From a virus (lineage: Duplodnaviria; Caudoviricetes), in the IMG/VR virus record IMGVR_UViG_3300028833_000053: DNA of 64,000 bases; one strand, given 5' to 3'. Below are positions 21,380 through 32,480 of this stretch, one piece after another; the stretch's first letter is position 1; every line of letters begins with the position of its first letter. The position numbers and the translations under genes are program-made. The notes under the pieces are model-generated. The model made no database searches and was not told where the DNA came from. It was given only the letters and a program-made list of their open reading frames with translations.

Positions 21380-22771
21380 ATGAACATGCATGACAATATC
21401 TGGATCCTCACTGAGGAAAAACCGAAGGTATCTGTGATTCTTCAAATCATAAAGACGTATTGTCAGGACTTTGGTGATTCAATTGTTCAGCAATCTGAGG
21501 AAGTAAAAATCAGACCATTGTTTGAGAATGAAGTTTTTACATTTCAATATGTTGTAGAAGGAATTATCTTGAATAATGTAGCATCTATAATAATAAAGAC
21601 CGTTAGTGGCAATTCTAGTTTTGTTGATTTTCTTTTGTTCAAGCAGCTAAATACACCAGACCCTAAATTAATGGATGATGTTCCTATCATGGCTGTGGAA
21701 GAGACAAAAACTCAAGATAAGGAATCCAGAAATACTAGTGTATATCAACGGGCCACAAAATTTGTATTCATTCACCGATATTACCCAAACGTGAAAACAT
21801 ATATGTTGTATAACAATGAATGTGTTGTTTCCCCAACAAAGGAGCCGAGTCCGACAAACAAATTTGGGATGAATCTACTATTAAGTATTGGTGTGAAAAT
21901 CATTGGGCGTGATATGAAATGGTATAGTAGTTTTTCATCCATAGATGAAATCATTAAGTATAAGTCCACAATGGAAAACCCTCCCAATGGACAACGAACA
22001 GATATAATAAAGGAAGGATCTACAATTTTCATATCTTGCAAGTTGGATAAGAAGCATTATGAGGGAAAAATATCACACGATCCAAACATAGGAATGGTAT
22101 CCCTTCTTGCGTATACATTCAAAACACTTGGGTGGACTGGAGACATAGTAATAACCAACCATAACATTGAACAGAAAAACATTTCCGCAAAAAAAAGCAG
22201 TAATAACAAATTCATGTATGTTTGTGCCTTATTGGGATTGAAAATGGAAGGGCTTTATCTTCCAAATGTTCAACTTCCAAAAAATTACTGGCATTATGAA
22301 GAAAGTTCGGAAAAAATGGCATCAATATTGCTTCATGTTATGTCAGAGTATATTGGATTGGAAGAAGTTTATCAAAATCATGCTGGTTGTGAACGTGGAT
22401 ATTTCAAGACCACATTTGACAATAGGCAGTTGCCGAAGAAATCTGAAGGTAAAAACCTTCTTCTTCCCGATGTTGTCTTACGAGATGATATCACAAAAAC
22501 AATTGTTCTCGTAGAAGGAAAGAAATTATCAACCATAAACAATGGGCTTAAAGAGATAAACGAATACGATGGAATTGAGTTGGAATTTATTCAGAAATTC
22601 TTTCCAACTTATCGCATTGCAAGAGGCGTATCAATCTTTGGTGGAAAGGAAAAATCAATTCCCAAAAAGGGTGTGATATTCTATTTGAATGAGAATGGGG
22701 AAGTGTTTATCTCTGATGATGCACCTGCCTGTATAAAACGTATCATTCAAACTATAAAGAAATCGGTATAA
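21380..22771 (+). CDS. Putative type II restriction endonuclease
   Basis: PD...VEGK motif; AT-rich; directly upstream of two MTases. Confidence 0.6.
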   Translation: MNMHDNIWILTEEKPKVSVILQIIKTYCQDFGDSIVQQSEEVKIRPLFENEVFTFQYVVEGIILNNVASIIIKTVSGNSSFVDFLLFKQLNTPDPKLMDDVPIMAVEETKTQDKESRNTSVYQRATKFVFIHRYYPNVKTYMLYNNECVVSPTKEPSPTNKFGMNLLLSIGVKIIGRDMKWYSSFSSIDEIIKYKSTMENPPNGQRTDIIKEGSTIFISCKLDKKHYEGKISHDPNIGMVSLLAYTFKTLGWTGDIVITNHNIEQKNISAKKSSNNKFMYVCALLGLKMEGLYLPNVQLPKNYWHYEESSEKMASILLHVMSEYIGLEEVYQNHAGCERGYFKTTFDNRQLPKKSEGKNLLLPDVVLRDDITKTIVLVEGKKLSTINNGLKEINEYDGIELEFIQKFFPTYRIARGVSIFGGKEKSIPKKGVIFYLNENGEVFISDDAPACIKRIIQTIKKSV

Positions 22772-22801
22772 TTGTTATAGCGGTAAAGTAGGATAAAATA
22801 A

Positions 22802-23833
22802 ATGAGATACATAGGAAGTAAAATTCTTTTATTGAACCAAATCCAATCAGTTGTTGAACGTCACGCTTCTGGTGCGAAGACATTTTGTGACTTGTTTTCA
22901 GGTTCAGCGTGTGTTGCAAGACATTTCAAACAATTTTTCGAGGTTTACTCAAACGATATTTTGTATTTTTCATATTGCTTGCAGCGAGGAAGTGTTGAAA
23001 ATGATTCTGTTCCAACATTTGACAACTTGACAAAAAAGAAAGGATTTTCCAGTCCCATTGACTATTTGAATAATCTTCATAATAATGAAATGGAGGCTTT
23101 GGACAAAGATTGTCGTTTATTTCAAACTAATTTGTCACCTTCAGCTGGACGTATGTATGTGACGGATGAAAATGCCTTGAGGATTGACTTTGCAAGAAAC
23201 TCAATTGAACAATGGAAATCACAGGGGCTTCTATCAGATGATGAATATTATTATCTTGTAGCTTCTGTCATTGAGGGAATTCCATTTATTTCTAACATCG
23301 CTGGTACTTATGGAGCATTCTACAAAACATGGGATAGACGCGCCCTCAAGAAGTTTGAACTTAAAACAATTCCTGTTGTGTCAAACTTCAAGAACAACAA
23401 GTCATACAACGAAAATGGAATAGAACTTCTCACTAAAATTTCCGGGGATGTGTTATACATTGATCCACCATACAACCAAAGACAATATCTTCCAAATTAT
23501 CATGTTTTGGAAACTGCTGCCAAATACGATTTTCCAAAACTACATGGGGTTACTGGATTGAGAGATTACGAAAAAGAGAAATCAGATTTCTGTCTTTCCA
23601 AAAAAGTGTCAATCGCATTTGACAAGTTGATGAACACGGCCCAATTTTCCCACATCATCATGAGTTACAGCACCGATGGGCTTATGTCTGAAAAGGAAAT
23701 AGAGGAAATTATGAAACGTCATGGAAATCCCGACACGTTTGAACTTATAGAAATTCCTTACCGAAGATATAAATGTCGTACTGGTGCAAAAAAGCCAAAC
23801 CTAAATGAACTGTTATTTTATATTTCAAAATGA
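22802..23833 (+). CDS. D12-class N6-adenine DNA methyltransferase (M1)
   Basis: YIGSK; DLFSGS; YIDPPY. Confidence 0.9.
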   Translation: MRYIGSKILLLNQIQSVVERHASGAKTFCDLFSGSACVARHFKQFFEVYSNDILYFSYCLQRGSVENDSVPTFDNLTKKKGFSSPIDYLNNLHNNEMEALDKDCRLFQTNLSPSAGRMYVTDENALRIDFARNSIEQWKSQGLLSDDEYYYLVASVIEGIPFISNIAGTYGAFYKTWDRRALKKFELKTIPVVSNFKNNKSYNENGIELLTKISGDVLYIDPPYNQRQYLPNYHVLETAAKYDFPKLHGVTGLRDYEKEKSDFCLSKKVSIAFDKLMNTAQFSHIIMSYSTDGLMSEKEIEEIMKRHGNPDTFELIEIPYRRYKCRTGAKKPNLNELLFYISK

Positions 23834-24690
23834 AAAATCAAAAACTTATACATAGTCCATTAAACTATATGGGTGGTAAATACAAAATATTGAAGAATAT
23901 TTTGCCTTTGTTTCCCAATGAAATTAATACATTTGTTGATTTGTTCGCTGGCGGTCTTAATGTTGGAATAAATGTTTATGCAAAGAAAGTTATTGCAAAC
24001 GATCACCTTACATTTTTGATGGACATATATAGGTATTTTCAGAATACGGAATGGGATATTATCATAGATGACATCTACAAGAAAATTGAGAAGTTTTCCC
24101 TTGATATGAACAACAAGGAGGGATACTTGCAGTTGAGGGATGAATACAATGCAAATCACGTTCCTCTTGACTTATTCCTTCTTTCTTGCTATTCATTCAA
24201 TCATCAAATACGTTTTAACTTAAAATACGAATTCAACACACCATTTGGAACTGGTAGAAGTTCATTTAATGAATCTATTAAGACTAATCTTGAAATGTTT
24301 GTAAAGCGGCTTCAAACCAATAACATAGTGCTTGAAAGCAAGGACTTTATTTCAATTCAATTAGATTATCTTACGCACGATGATTTTGTTTATTGTGATC
24401 CACCATATTTAATCACAGATGGAACATATAATAGCAGGCGTGGATTCAAAGGGTGGGCAGAAAGTGAAGAAGTTCAACTTTTGACTCTACTTGATGATTT
24501 GAATGAACGTGGCATAAAGTTTGCATTATCAAATGTCCTTCAACATAAAGGCGAACAAAATAAAATTTTGTCAGAGTGGGCTTCAAAGTACAACATAAAT
24601 TCAATAGATAAGAATTATTCTAATTGTAGTTATCACTTGAAGAGTAGAGATACAAAAACAATTGAAGTCCTTATTACAAACTATACTTAA
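23830..24690 (+). CDS. Dam/D12-class N6-adenine DNA methyltransferase (M2)
   Basis: YMGGK; DLFAGG; YCDPPY; EVLITNY. Confidence 0.92.
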   Translation: MKNQKLIHSPLNYMGGKYKILKNILPLFPNEINTFVDLFAGGLNVGINVYAKKVIANDHLTFLMDIYRYFQNTEWDIIIDDIYKKIEKFSLDMNNKEGYLQLRDEYNANHVPLDLFLLSCYSFNHQIRFNLKYEFNTPFGTGRSSFNESIKTNLEMFVKRLQTNNIVLESKDFISIQLDYLTHDDFVYCDPPYLITDGTYNSRRGFKGWAESEEVQLLTLLDDLNERGIKFALSNVLQHKGEQNKILSEWASKYNINSIDKNYSNCSYHLKSRDTKTIEVLITNYT

Positions 24691-24745
24691 GATGTATGAT
24701 ATATTTACGTTCCAATCTTAAATTGGTATAATGTGACGTGTAGAT

Positions 24746-25387
24746 ATGTCTGAAGAGAACTCCATAAGAACTATTGATGAAATTGAATCCCGTTTCAAGG
24801 AAGTGACAGGTCTGACCCATCTTGACCTGTCAATTCCTCATTTTCAGAAAGGCGACAATCAGCAGCAGGCTACCACCAAGGAGGAATACAAGAAGTTCGG
24901 ATTTGTCACAACACCCCTTTGGTTGGTTGACGAGATGCTTGAACCTCAGATTCCAAATCTCACGTTGACTTCCACCACTTGTGACGCATGTTCCGGTTGC
25001 GGCCAGTTCTCAATCAGACTTATGCGCAAGTTGCATGACAAGTTCGTGACGATGGGTGTTCCGGAGGAAAAGGTCAATGCTTGGATCACAAAAGTTTGGT
25101 TGCCGAAGCAGCATTGGTTCACTGAATTCCAGTTTTCCAACGTGGCGAAACTCGTTTACATTTTTGGTCCGAACATCAACGTGTATGCCGGAGATTCCCT
25201 GAACATGAGGTTTGCTAAAGCAAACGAACAAGGTCTGCTCTTTTTCAACGAGAAGCGGAAGACCTGGCTGAACATCCCAAATCTCCAACCCGAAGTTGAG
25301 AAGCGCAAGGACGACCTCGACGCGCTTGTGACGCTGTTCAAGGTGCTTGAAACCAACTGGAATCTCATAAACCACATGAAGAACTAA
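24746..25387 (+). CDS. N6-adenine methyltransferase SAM-binding half
   Basis: FVTTPLWLVDEML (motif X) and DACSGCGQF (motif I); no NPPY. Confidence 0.65.
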   Translation: MSEENSIRTIDEIESRFKEVTGLTHLDLSIPHFQKGDNQQQATTKEEYKKFGFVTTPLWLVDEMLEPQIPNLTLTSTTCDACSGCGQFSIRLMRKLHDKFVTMGVPEEKVNAWITKVWLPKQHWFTEFQFSNVAKLVYIFGPNINVYAGDSLNMRFAKANEQGLLFFNEKRKTWLNIPNLQPEVEKRKDDLDALVTLFKVLETNWNLINHMKN

Positions 25388-25438
25388 ACATTTTCGGGAA
25401 TTGTCGTATAATGGTACTGAAAGGATAAACAAACTAAA

Positions 25439-26341
25439 ATGATAGTTGATGACAATAAGAAGAATTTCGCCCAGTTCCGGAAGGAACTTTTGAGCCTTTG
25501 CCCGAGAATGGACGAGCAAGAAGTATACCGCAATTGGTGGGCTTACCAAAGTCCCCATAACGATTGGAAAATCCAGCAAGAGCCTATGTGGGGCTTTGAC
25601 AAGAAATACCACATGGTGTATCTCACAAAGACCGCGTTGGGTGAAATCTACGTCGGGATGCATTCCACCTCCAGCTTGGATGACAACTACCATGGATCGG
25701 GCGATGAAATCCGCAAGTTGAGGGAAGAGGGCGCGTTGCTTGAAACCACGCCACTTGAGTTCTTCCGCACAAGGGGCGAGGCGTTGGCTATGGAGGCGCA
25801 CATTGTCAACCGCGACTTCATAATCGCCGATGGGGTTTTGAACCAGACTCCAGGAGGTGACGATACAAGGCACAACGCCGTGGACAACACCAATGACTTT
25901 GACTTCAAGCCGAGGTTCCAGCCAAAGGTCGTCCAGAGGGAAATCTCCCCCTTGTTGAAGGGTTCCGCTCCCGCGTATGAACTTCCCAAGGCGGCTTGCG
26001 ACATCATTGACTCCTTTGGGGCGGAAACCAAGCCAACGGAAACGAAGAACAAGACCGTGACCAAGAAGGACGAGAAAGGCAAGGGGACGTTCTGGCCGTT
26101 CAGTGCGTTGGACGTGGAAATCGGAGACATCCTGACGTTTGCAAAGGACGATTCCATAACGTGCAAGGTTCTGAATAATAACTGCCTTGTGGAGTACCAG
26201 GGCAAGGCGTGGAAACTCACCGAATTGACAAAGCACCTTATGACGGGCAAGAAGGGCAAGTACACAACACTGGGGTTCTGGAAGCACAATGGCAAGTTCC
26301 TTGCGGACATTGCCAAGGAAAAGGAACGCAAGGCGGCGTAA
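25439..26341 (+). CDS. GIY-YIG (Seg-like) nuclease domain protein
   Basis: VYLT...IYVGMHST...YHGSG...E...LN. Confidence 0.7.
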   Translation: MIVDDNKKNFAQFRKELLSLCPRMDEQEVYRNWWAYQSPHNDWKIQQEPMWGFDKKYHMVYLTKTALGEIYVGMHSTSSLDDNYHGSGDEIRKLREEGALLETTPLEFFRTRGEALAMEAHIVNRDFIIADGVLNQTPGGDDTRHNAVDNTNDFDFKPRFQPKVVQREISPLLKGSAPAYELPKAACDIIDSFGAETKPTETKNKTVTKKDEKGKGTFWPFSALDVEIGDILTFAKDDSITCKVLNNNCLVEYQGKAWKLTELTKHLMTGKKGKYTTLGFWKHNGKFLADIAKEKERKAA

Positions 26342-26463
26342 ATTGAATTAACAATGCAGATTGCCCCTTCTGACCTCTTGATGAAATATTTTCAAGGGGT
26401 CATTGACATTCAGAACCCGATTTGGTATACTGTAAGTGTTCTGAGGAAACAAGGAGAAGTTTG

Positions 26464-28107
26464 ATGAACAAGTACATTCAGAAGATTGCGAATGACCCGC
26501 GCCCCGAGTGCAAGGTTCTTGGGCACCGCGTCCACGTCACCATGAACGCCAACGATGAACGTTGGCCGAGCTGGGGCCGTTGCGTCCTTGGCATTGGTGG
26601 AGGGTTCATCCACTTTGAGAACGAGAAGGACTTCAACGATTGGCGGGCTTGCCAGAACAAGCCCAATGAGGTTGATGAGACCCCGGTGGTTCTGGAACAG
26701 GATGTTGGAGGCCGTTGCGTTCCCGAGTGTGGACCGATTGGTTTCCGTCCAGTGATGGCAGCTTAAAAAGGAGAAGAAGAAAATGAGAAACGTTGTTTGC
26801 TGGCTTGAGATTTGCGTCGATGGCTCTACCCAGTGGGAGATGGTTGACCCGCTCAATGGCGAGTGCATCGAGTATTTCCACAACAAGCTGGACGCCGAGC
26901 TGTACGCCGTGCAGCACGACATCAACATCACCGAATGGATTGAGGACTGAACATGTACGAAAAATTCAAGAAAGAGATTGAGCATATCCTGGACTTCTAT
27001 TCCATCGTCCATGACCGCGAGGAAATAATGAAAGACCTTTCCGAAGTGGTGAACGAGGCGTATGAGAAGGGACGTGAAGATGCCGAGGAATATTACTGAT
27101 TCATGAACAAGGAACTTTGAAAATTGTATGCGGGATAATGGAAATTGGGCGGAGGATTGAACATGCATACCAACAACAAATTCAGCGAAGACGAGAAGCA
27201 GAAAATCGTCATGTGCCTTGACATGGCTGGATGAGAACAGCAGGGCAAGGGGTTGAACTTCTACAATCCAAACCTGGATTCCGTCAAGAACTTTTCAACG
27301 TGGTACGAGGCTTACAAGTTTGTCCTCAAAATCTATGGGAAGGAGAATTGAGAAATGCAACTGACACCGAAGCAGCGCAAGAAAGTGGATGCGGCGTACA
27401 TCGCCGCCAAGGCGCGTCAAGATGAAATGTGGGAGCAGATTGACAGGTTGGAAGCAGAACTCTCAAACATGAAGGACATTTGCGCACGGGCAAAACGTGT
27501 GGAGTGCTACGCCGTGAACATGATGAATGGCGTTGAACCGTTTGATGAAAAGAACCTTGAATTGAAGTAATGAGGTGAAACATGCTGAAGAGTTACGAGG
27601 AAATCAAGTCCGAGAGGAATGGTCTTGGCAATTCCAAAGAAGAGGCTATGTGGAACATAGCAAGGGAGTTGAGCAGGAAGAACGATCTGCTTGAGATTGA
27701 CATGCTCTGCAAGACTGCCGAAACCCTGAAGTCCGTTGCAAAAGGCTCTACAAACCTTCACTATGATGGTTGGCTGATGGCGGAGGAACTGGTTTGCATG
27801 GCGCACAAGAAAATCTGCGCAATCACGAAAACCCCAGAGGGTCTTTCCGAGGAAGGAGAGAAGGAAGATGAGGCTTAAGGAAAACGAGGTCAAGGAAACC
27901 ATCAAGAACCTTGCCGAGACCATAGCAACTGGAAGATGGGGCGCGTGGCAGTGTTCGTTGGGCGCACTTGTTGCCCTTGTGGAACTGACCAACAAGTTGG
28001 AACTTGGAGACGATTTTTGGGGTGAAGTTTTTGACATCAAGGAGAAGTATTCCCAGCAAGTAAAGTCCGTGGTGGCTGCAGACCCAAAGGATTTCTTCAA
28101 TAGATGA
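26464..28107 (+). other. Cluster of small early hypothetical genes (e.g. 26464-26766, 26783-26950, 27355-27570, 27582-27878, 27868-28107)
   Basis: TTGACA-17-TATACT at 26404; strong RBSs; tight packing. Confidence 0.65.
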
Positions 28108-28128
28108 GTAAATACTATTATAAACCAA

Positions 28129-28509
28129 ATGAGGTATTTTGACATGTGGAAGAAAATCATGAAAGAGTCCAATGGACCGATGATTGCAACAATTGAACTC
28201 CCCCAGTCGGAGATTGACAAGTGGGATGACTTGACCGAGAATGGTGGAGACTTCGAGGAACTTGGGGTTGACCCTGGTGGCTTGGGGTTGTACGAGACCG
28301 CGGAGTTTGAAGATGGTGTTGTGGCTGCGTTGTCAGTGACGGCAAGCGACGATGAGGAATCTGGTCAGTTCTACTCCGAGGTTGGATTATATGACAGCAA
28401 GGGCCGCGAGCTTGTCCTCCCGGATTCCGCAGATGGAATTGGAATCTCCGGCGATTGGGAATTTGACGTTGATGGAAAACAGTACATCGTGAAGATTGTG
28501 GGGGTGTGA
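28129..28509 (+). CDS. Acidic hypothetical protein
   Basis: ORF downstream of GTAAATA at 28108. Confidence 0.7.
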   Translation: MRYFDMWKKIMKESNGPMIATIELPQSEIDKWDDLTENGGDFEELGVDPGGLGLYETAEFEDGVVAALSVTASDDEESGQFYSEVGLYDSKGRELVLPDSADGIGISGDWEFDVDGKQYIVKIVGV

Positions 28510-28513
28510 AACA

Positions 28514-29215
28514 ATGAAGTTCTTGAAGAAAGGAAGCAAGGTTTCCGTTGAGGAAGTGAAGACCTCATCCGGACTTGAATATGACATCAAGTTTGACGCC
28601 GGCGGACAAGCTGGTGAAATCACGGTCGCAAAGTGCTGGGACTATCTTCTTGCCGAGAAACTTCGTGACGCCGTTTCCGAGTACATGGCCGAGGAATACA
28701 AGGTTGTGGGGCAGGAGGACGCAGAGATGCTTGAAGAGAGTCTTGACAAGCCAATCATGCCTGACACCGCTGTTGCTGGAAAGCCAATCGCCGTGAAGAT
28801 GGTACGCACCGAAGATCCAAAGGAGGCGTTTACGCTTCACAGTCTGAGGGATTGCATTGACGATTTTGAGAAGGAAGTGTTCACCAAGGTGATGACAACC
28901 GGCAAGCCCTATGATGGTTATGACACGGTTGCAGTTCCAGTTCTTCAGCGTGGAGTTCCAAAGAAATACCAACCATTGCTCAGCAAGTTCAGTGAATCCA
29001 AGAAAGTGAACGAGTCGGTTGATGGCGAGCCTTGGCCCGAGGAAGAGCTGAAGAAGCTTGACAACTACATCGTTGACGCGAAGCTGGCTATTTCACAGGC
29101 AACAAGTTTCATTGAGGGCAACGCATCTTCGGGACTTGATTCCATGGAAGAAGTTTGGACGCACCTTAACAGCACCTACAATGACCTGGATGACATTCAG
29201 GACATGTTTCACTGA
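28514..29215 (+). CDS. Hypothetical protein
   Basis: ORF with codon usage like its neighbours. Confidence 0.7.
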   Translation: MKFLKKGSKVSVEEVKTSSGLEYDIKFDAGGQAGEITVAKCWDYLLAEKLRDAVSEYMAEEYKVVGQEDAEMLEESLDKPIMPDTAVAGKPIAVKMVRTEDPKEAFTLHSLRDCIDDFEKEVFTKVMTTGKPYDGYDTVAVPVLQRGVPKKYQPLLSKFSESKKVNESVDGEPWPEEELKKLDNYIVDAKLAISQATSFIEGNASSGLDSMEEVWTHLNSTYNDLDDIQDMFH

Positions 29216-29229
29216 AAGGAACACTCCTA

Positions 29230-30132
29230 ATGGGAAAGTACGAATTGACCGACCAAGGCATTGAGACAATCAATGACAACATGGTAAGGGCGAAGGAACT
29301 TCTTGAAACCGCGGCCCAAATCATCCACGATGCTTCCGATTGGTCTCCTGAAATGCAGGAGATTTGGGAATACATCGACAATTCCTCCAAGGACGTTGGC
29401 GATCTTGTTGACGCTTGGCAGAAACTTGTGTATTGAAAGGACAACAAGTGAGAGACATCGAAACCATAAAGGAAATTGCACGTAAGCTCCATGCCGCGAA
29501 GGAACTTCTGCGGGAAGCATCCAAACTTGCAAGCACCATAAAGGACGCGGAGTTTGAGTGGGATGCTATGACGATTGACGGGCACTATGAAGACGTTTCC
29601 CATACCCTGATTGACGTTGCGGGTTTGGCTTATATGGAGGTATGACAATGGCTTGGCACAAGATTGACCAATCAAGAGTGAAGATGCGGGCTCAAAGAGC
29701 GGCAAAGGCTTGGAACAACTTCATGGAAGAGTTGGAACAGGTCACGATGGAAAGCAACCACACCCAATGCGAGGAAATCTACAAGAAGCTACAAGCACTT
29801 CAGGACGAGGTTGGTGACAATCTCAGAAAGGCATACAAGGGGGCTTGAAGATGTCATATCATAGAAACGACCAGTCGAGCATACCCTGTTCGAGGATATC
29901 TACAATACGATGTCCAATAATGGATAACAAGGAATTGCATAAGGTTCTTCTCAAGATGAGGAACCGCGTCAAGAAGTTTGGAGACTTGATGCGCGAGTGC
30001 TTTAGTCGGGACAGAGAGGACAATATATCTGAAGGGTGGTTGTCCAAAGGTGAAATAGCCTTGTTCGAGGATGACATGAAGAATCTTGTGGATGAGGCAT
30101 TGAAGATTGAAAGGAAGTCTGACAATGGATAA
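29230..30132 (+). other. Run of four small helical hypothetical genes, two sharing an AKELL motif
   Basis: 29230-29436, ~29430-29645, 29642-29848, 29919-30132. Confidence 0.55.
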
Positions 30133-30634
30133 CAACAAGTATTTGTTCCTCATAACGGGTGCTGCGGGTGCTGGAAAGTCCACCCTTGCAGAGAAAATCC
30201 AAGACAACGCCATCGGACTCATAGAGCCGATTGCCGAAATTTGCGAGGCCGACGAGTTCTGGTACATCTTGGGCAAGGGCAAGTACGCTTTCAACCCAAA
30301 GCTGCTCTGGAAAGCGCACAAGTGGTGTCAGGACAACGCCAAGGAACTGATGGCTATGGGGCTGAACCTCATCGTGTCCAACACCAACATCAAGCCCAGC
30401 GACCGCAAGCCCTATTTCGACATGGCGAAGGAGTACAACTATAAAGTTGTATACATCCACCTCACAACGCAGTTCCAGAACCAACATGGCGTTCCTGACG
30501 AGCATGTGAAGAGGATGCGCGATAACTACGTTGATTTGTCTTCCGACGAGAAAGCCCTTGTTGTGAAGTCCGAGGAAATGTCCGATGAATTGGCTGAACT
30601 CTTGAAGAAAGCTGGTGTGAACTATGAATACTGA
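30125..30634 (+). CDS. P-loop polynucleotide kinase-like protein (AAA_33/N4BP2-like)
   Basis: GAAGAGKST; EADEF; AHKWCQ; VSNTN; NQHGVP. Confidence 0.8.
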   Translation: MDNNKYLFLITGAAGAGKSTLAEKIQDNAIGLIEPIAEICEADEFWYILGKGKYAFNPKLLWKAHKWCQDNAKELMAMGLNLIVSNTNIKPSDRKPYFDMAKEYNYKVVYIHLTTQFQNQHGVPDEHVKRMRDNYVDLSSDEKALVVKSEEMSDELAELLKKAGVNYEY

Positions 30635-30926
30635 GAAAATCGTCATTGACACGAAGGAGACAGTTGCCAAGTTGAGTTTTCTCATTGGCAAGACCATTTT
30701 AATGAGGACTGCCGAGGGTGATGCCAGCGTTGCCGCAAGAGTTGAGGCGGTGATGGTTGAAAACACCCCCGGAATGGAAGGTCATCCAGTGGTTTCCCTT
30801 TATACCACCATTGGAGTCAAGCGCATAGCCAATTCATCCCAGTTCGACGACATTTTGGTTTTGGAATCCGACAATTCGTTTCTCAGACTTCGCCTCCACA
30901 CGGATATGGAAGGTATCGTGTTCTGA
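30624..30926 (+). CDS. Hypothetical protein
   Basis: Overlaps the previous gene. Confidence 0.6.
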   Translation: MNTEKIVIDTKETVAKLSFLIGKTILMRTAEGDASVAARVEAVMVENTPGMEGHPVVSLYTTIGVKRIANSSQFDDILVLESDNSFLRLRLHTDMEGIVF

Positions 30927-30978
30927 GCCTTTACTTTCAACCCCAAATGTGGTATAATCTGGTGAAAGGACTTCCCAG

Positions 30979-31500
30979 ATGAAGGTCAGACTGGATTTCA
31001 TAAGCAATTCAAGTTCAAGCTCGTTCTTGATGATTGGACGTGACTACACGCCCAATGACGGCCACACTCTGACCATCGAGGACTTCGAGAATCTGAGGGA
31101 TGGCGAGAGGTTCTTCTTGATAGAGCCGAACATGGGTGAAGGTCATTATGTCATTCAAATAACACCAGACATGATGCTTGACTTCGACATGCAGGAGAAC
31201 CGCATAGTTTTGGACACCCACAAGTTTTCATCCTACTTCAGGATATTCAGAAAGTTTTGCTATAGTGAATCCGAGTATGGGGACAACGAGAAGGTGTATG
31301 ATTCCGAGTTTTGGGGGCACCGTTACAATGTGATTTTCTCCAGTGGTTCGGGAAAGGAAAAATCCATACGTGAATTTCCCCTGTGCAAAGATGAGCGTTT
31401 GATTGACATTGACGTTGAGGATCACTGCCCAACCGCGCACAAAGACGTTATGAAATGGCTTAAGGAAAGGTATTCATCCATAAAGGAGCAAGAACAATGA
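30979..31500 (+). CDS. NSSSSSF-motif family protein
   Basis: MKVRLDFISNSSSSSF; sigma70 promoter just upstream. Confidence 0.75.
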   Translation: MKVRLDFISNSSSSSFLMIGRDYTPNDGHTLTIEDFENLRDGERFFLIEPNMGEGHYVIQITPDMMLDFDMQENRIVLDTHKFSSYFRIFRKFCYSESEYGDNEKVYDSEFWGHRYNVIFSSGSGKEKSIREFPLCKDERLIDIDVEDHCPTAHKDVMKWLKERYSSIKEQEQ

Positions 31501-32480
31501 AAGTGAGAAACGATTACGTTAGCAACTCCAGCTCGTCCAGCTTCATTCTGGCCGACCATGAGATTTTCCACCACTTCAACATAACCAAGTACGACATCAT
31601 GAATGCCCTTGTTGAAATCTATGGCAGGGAAAGGCACAAAAACGAAGTCCAGCGCAAGCGGGAGTACATGGCCGCGCATCCTGAATACTTTGAGAAGAAG
31701 GAGCGCAAGGACGGAAACGTTGGTCCGTTCTGGGTCTATGACATGACCGACAAGAAGGACAGGAAGGAAGCCATTTCACGTTGGGGAAGTCTTCTTAAAG
31801 GTTGGGACGCGAACAACTGCCATTTCGTCTACGAGAAGGGCAAGGGTTGCATTGCCACAGGTGGGGAGAACAGCATCCGCTATCAGTCCATGATTGACAA
31901 CATCGCGGAGATCTATGGGATGCACCATTGGGACTTGCGCGAACACGCCGTGAATCCGAAGGAGGAAGTCACGCGCTGGGTGAGTTCCAACAAGAAAGAC
32001 CCCAAGACGGGCTGCTATGGTCACGATGAGCCCGCCGATCCAACTACCGTGGCGTTCGCCGACCGTCTGCGCAAGGACTTGGGAATCATGACGAACCTTG
32101 AAGCCATCAAGTGCAAGGCGGCGAGGTTCTTCATCCACGCGGACGACAACGAGTTGTGTGGAGACGAGATTTCGGAATCCGGCGCAAAGGACAAGGACTA
32201 CAACAAGAAGACGGACAAGTGGGAGCCGGGAAAGGCGAAGTGGGACACCCAGTCCTACACCTATGACCGAGTTTGCGAGGTTCTGCTTGACCATCTTGTG
32301 AAGGATGGGCGTATCAATCTAACGGACCCGAAGTTCCTGGAAATGATGAAGATTGACGAAAAATATCTGAGCGAGTGGGACAAGAAGCATGAGCAATTCT
32401 ATGATTTCCACAATGGCAAGTCTTTCACTTGGCAGGACTTGAAGTTCAATTCGCTTGCCTGGAATCTGCATGAGGGTTGA
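31497..32480 (+). CDS. NSSSSSF-motif family protein
   Basis: MKVRNDYVSNSSSSSF; ATGA overlap. Confidence 0.8.
   Translation: MKVRNDYVSNSSSSSFILADHEIFHHFNITKYDIMNALVEIYGRERHKNEVQRKREYMAAHPEYFEKKERKDGNVGPFWVYDMTDKKDRKEAISRWGSLLKGWDANNCHFVYEKGKGCIATGGENSIRYQSMIDNIAEIYGMHHWDLREHAVNPKEEVTRWVSSNKKDPKTGCYGHDEPADPTTVAFADRLRKDLGIMTNLEAIKCKAARFFIHADDNELCGDEISESGAKDKDYNKKTDKWEPGKAKWDTQSYTYDRVCEVLLDHLVKDGRINLTDPKFLEMMKIDEKYLSEWDKKHEQFYDFHNGKSFTWQDLKFNSLAWNLHEG

Noticed and set aside
25010-26287. 425-aa minus-strand ORF and similar long antisense ORFs
   Set aside because: Shadows of well-supported + strand genes
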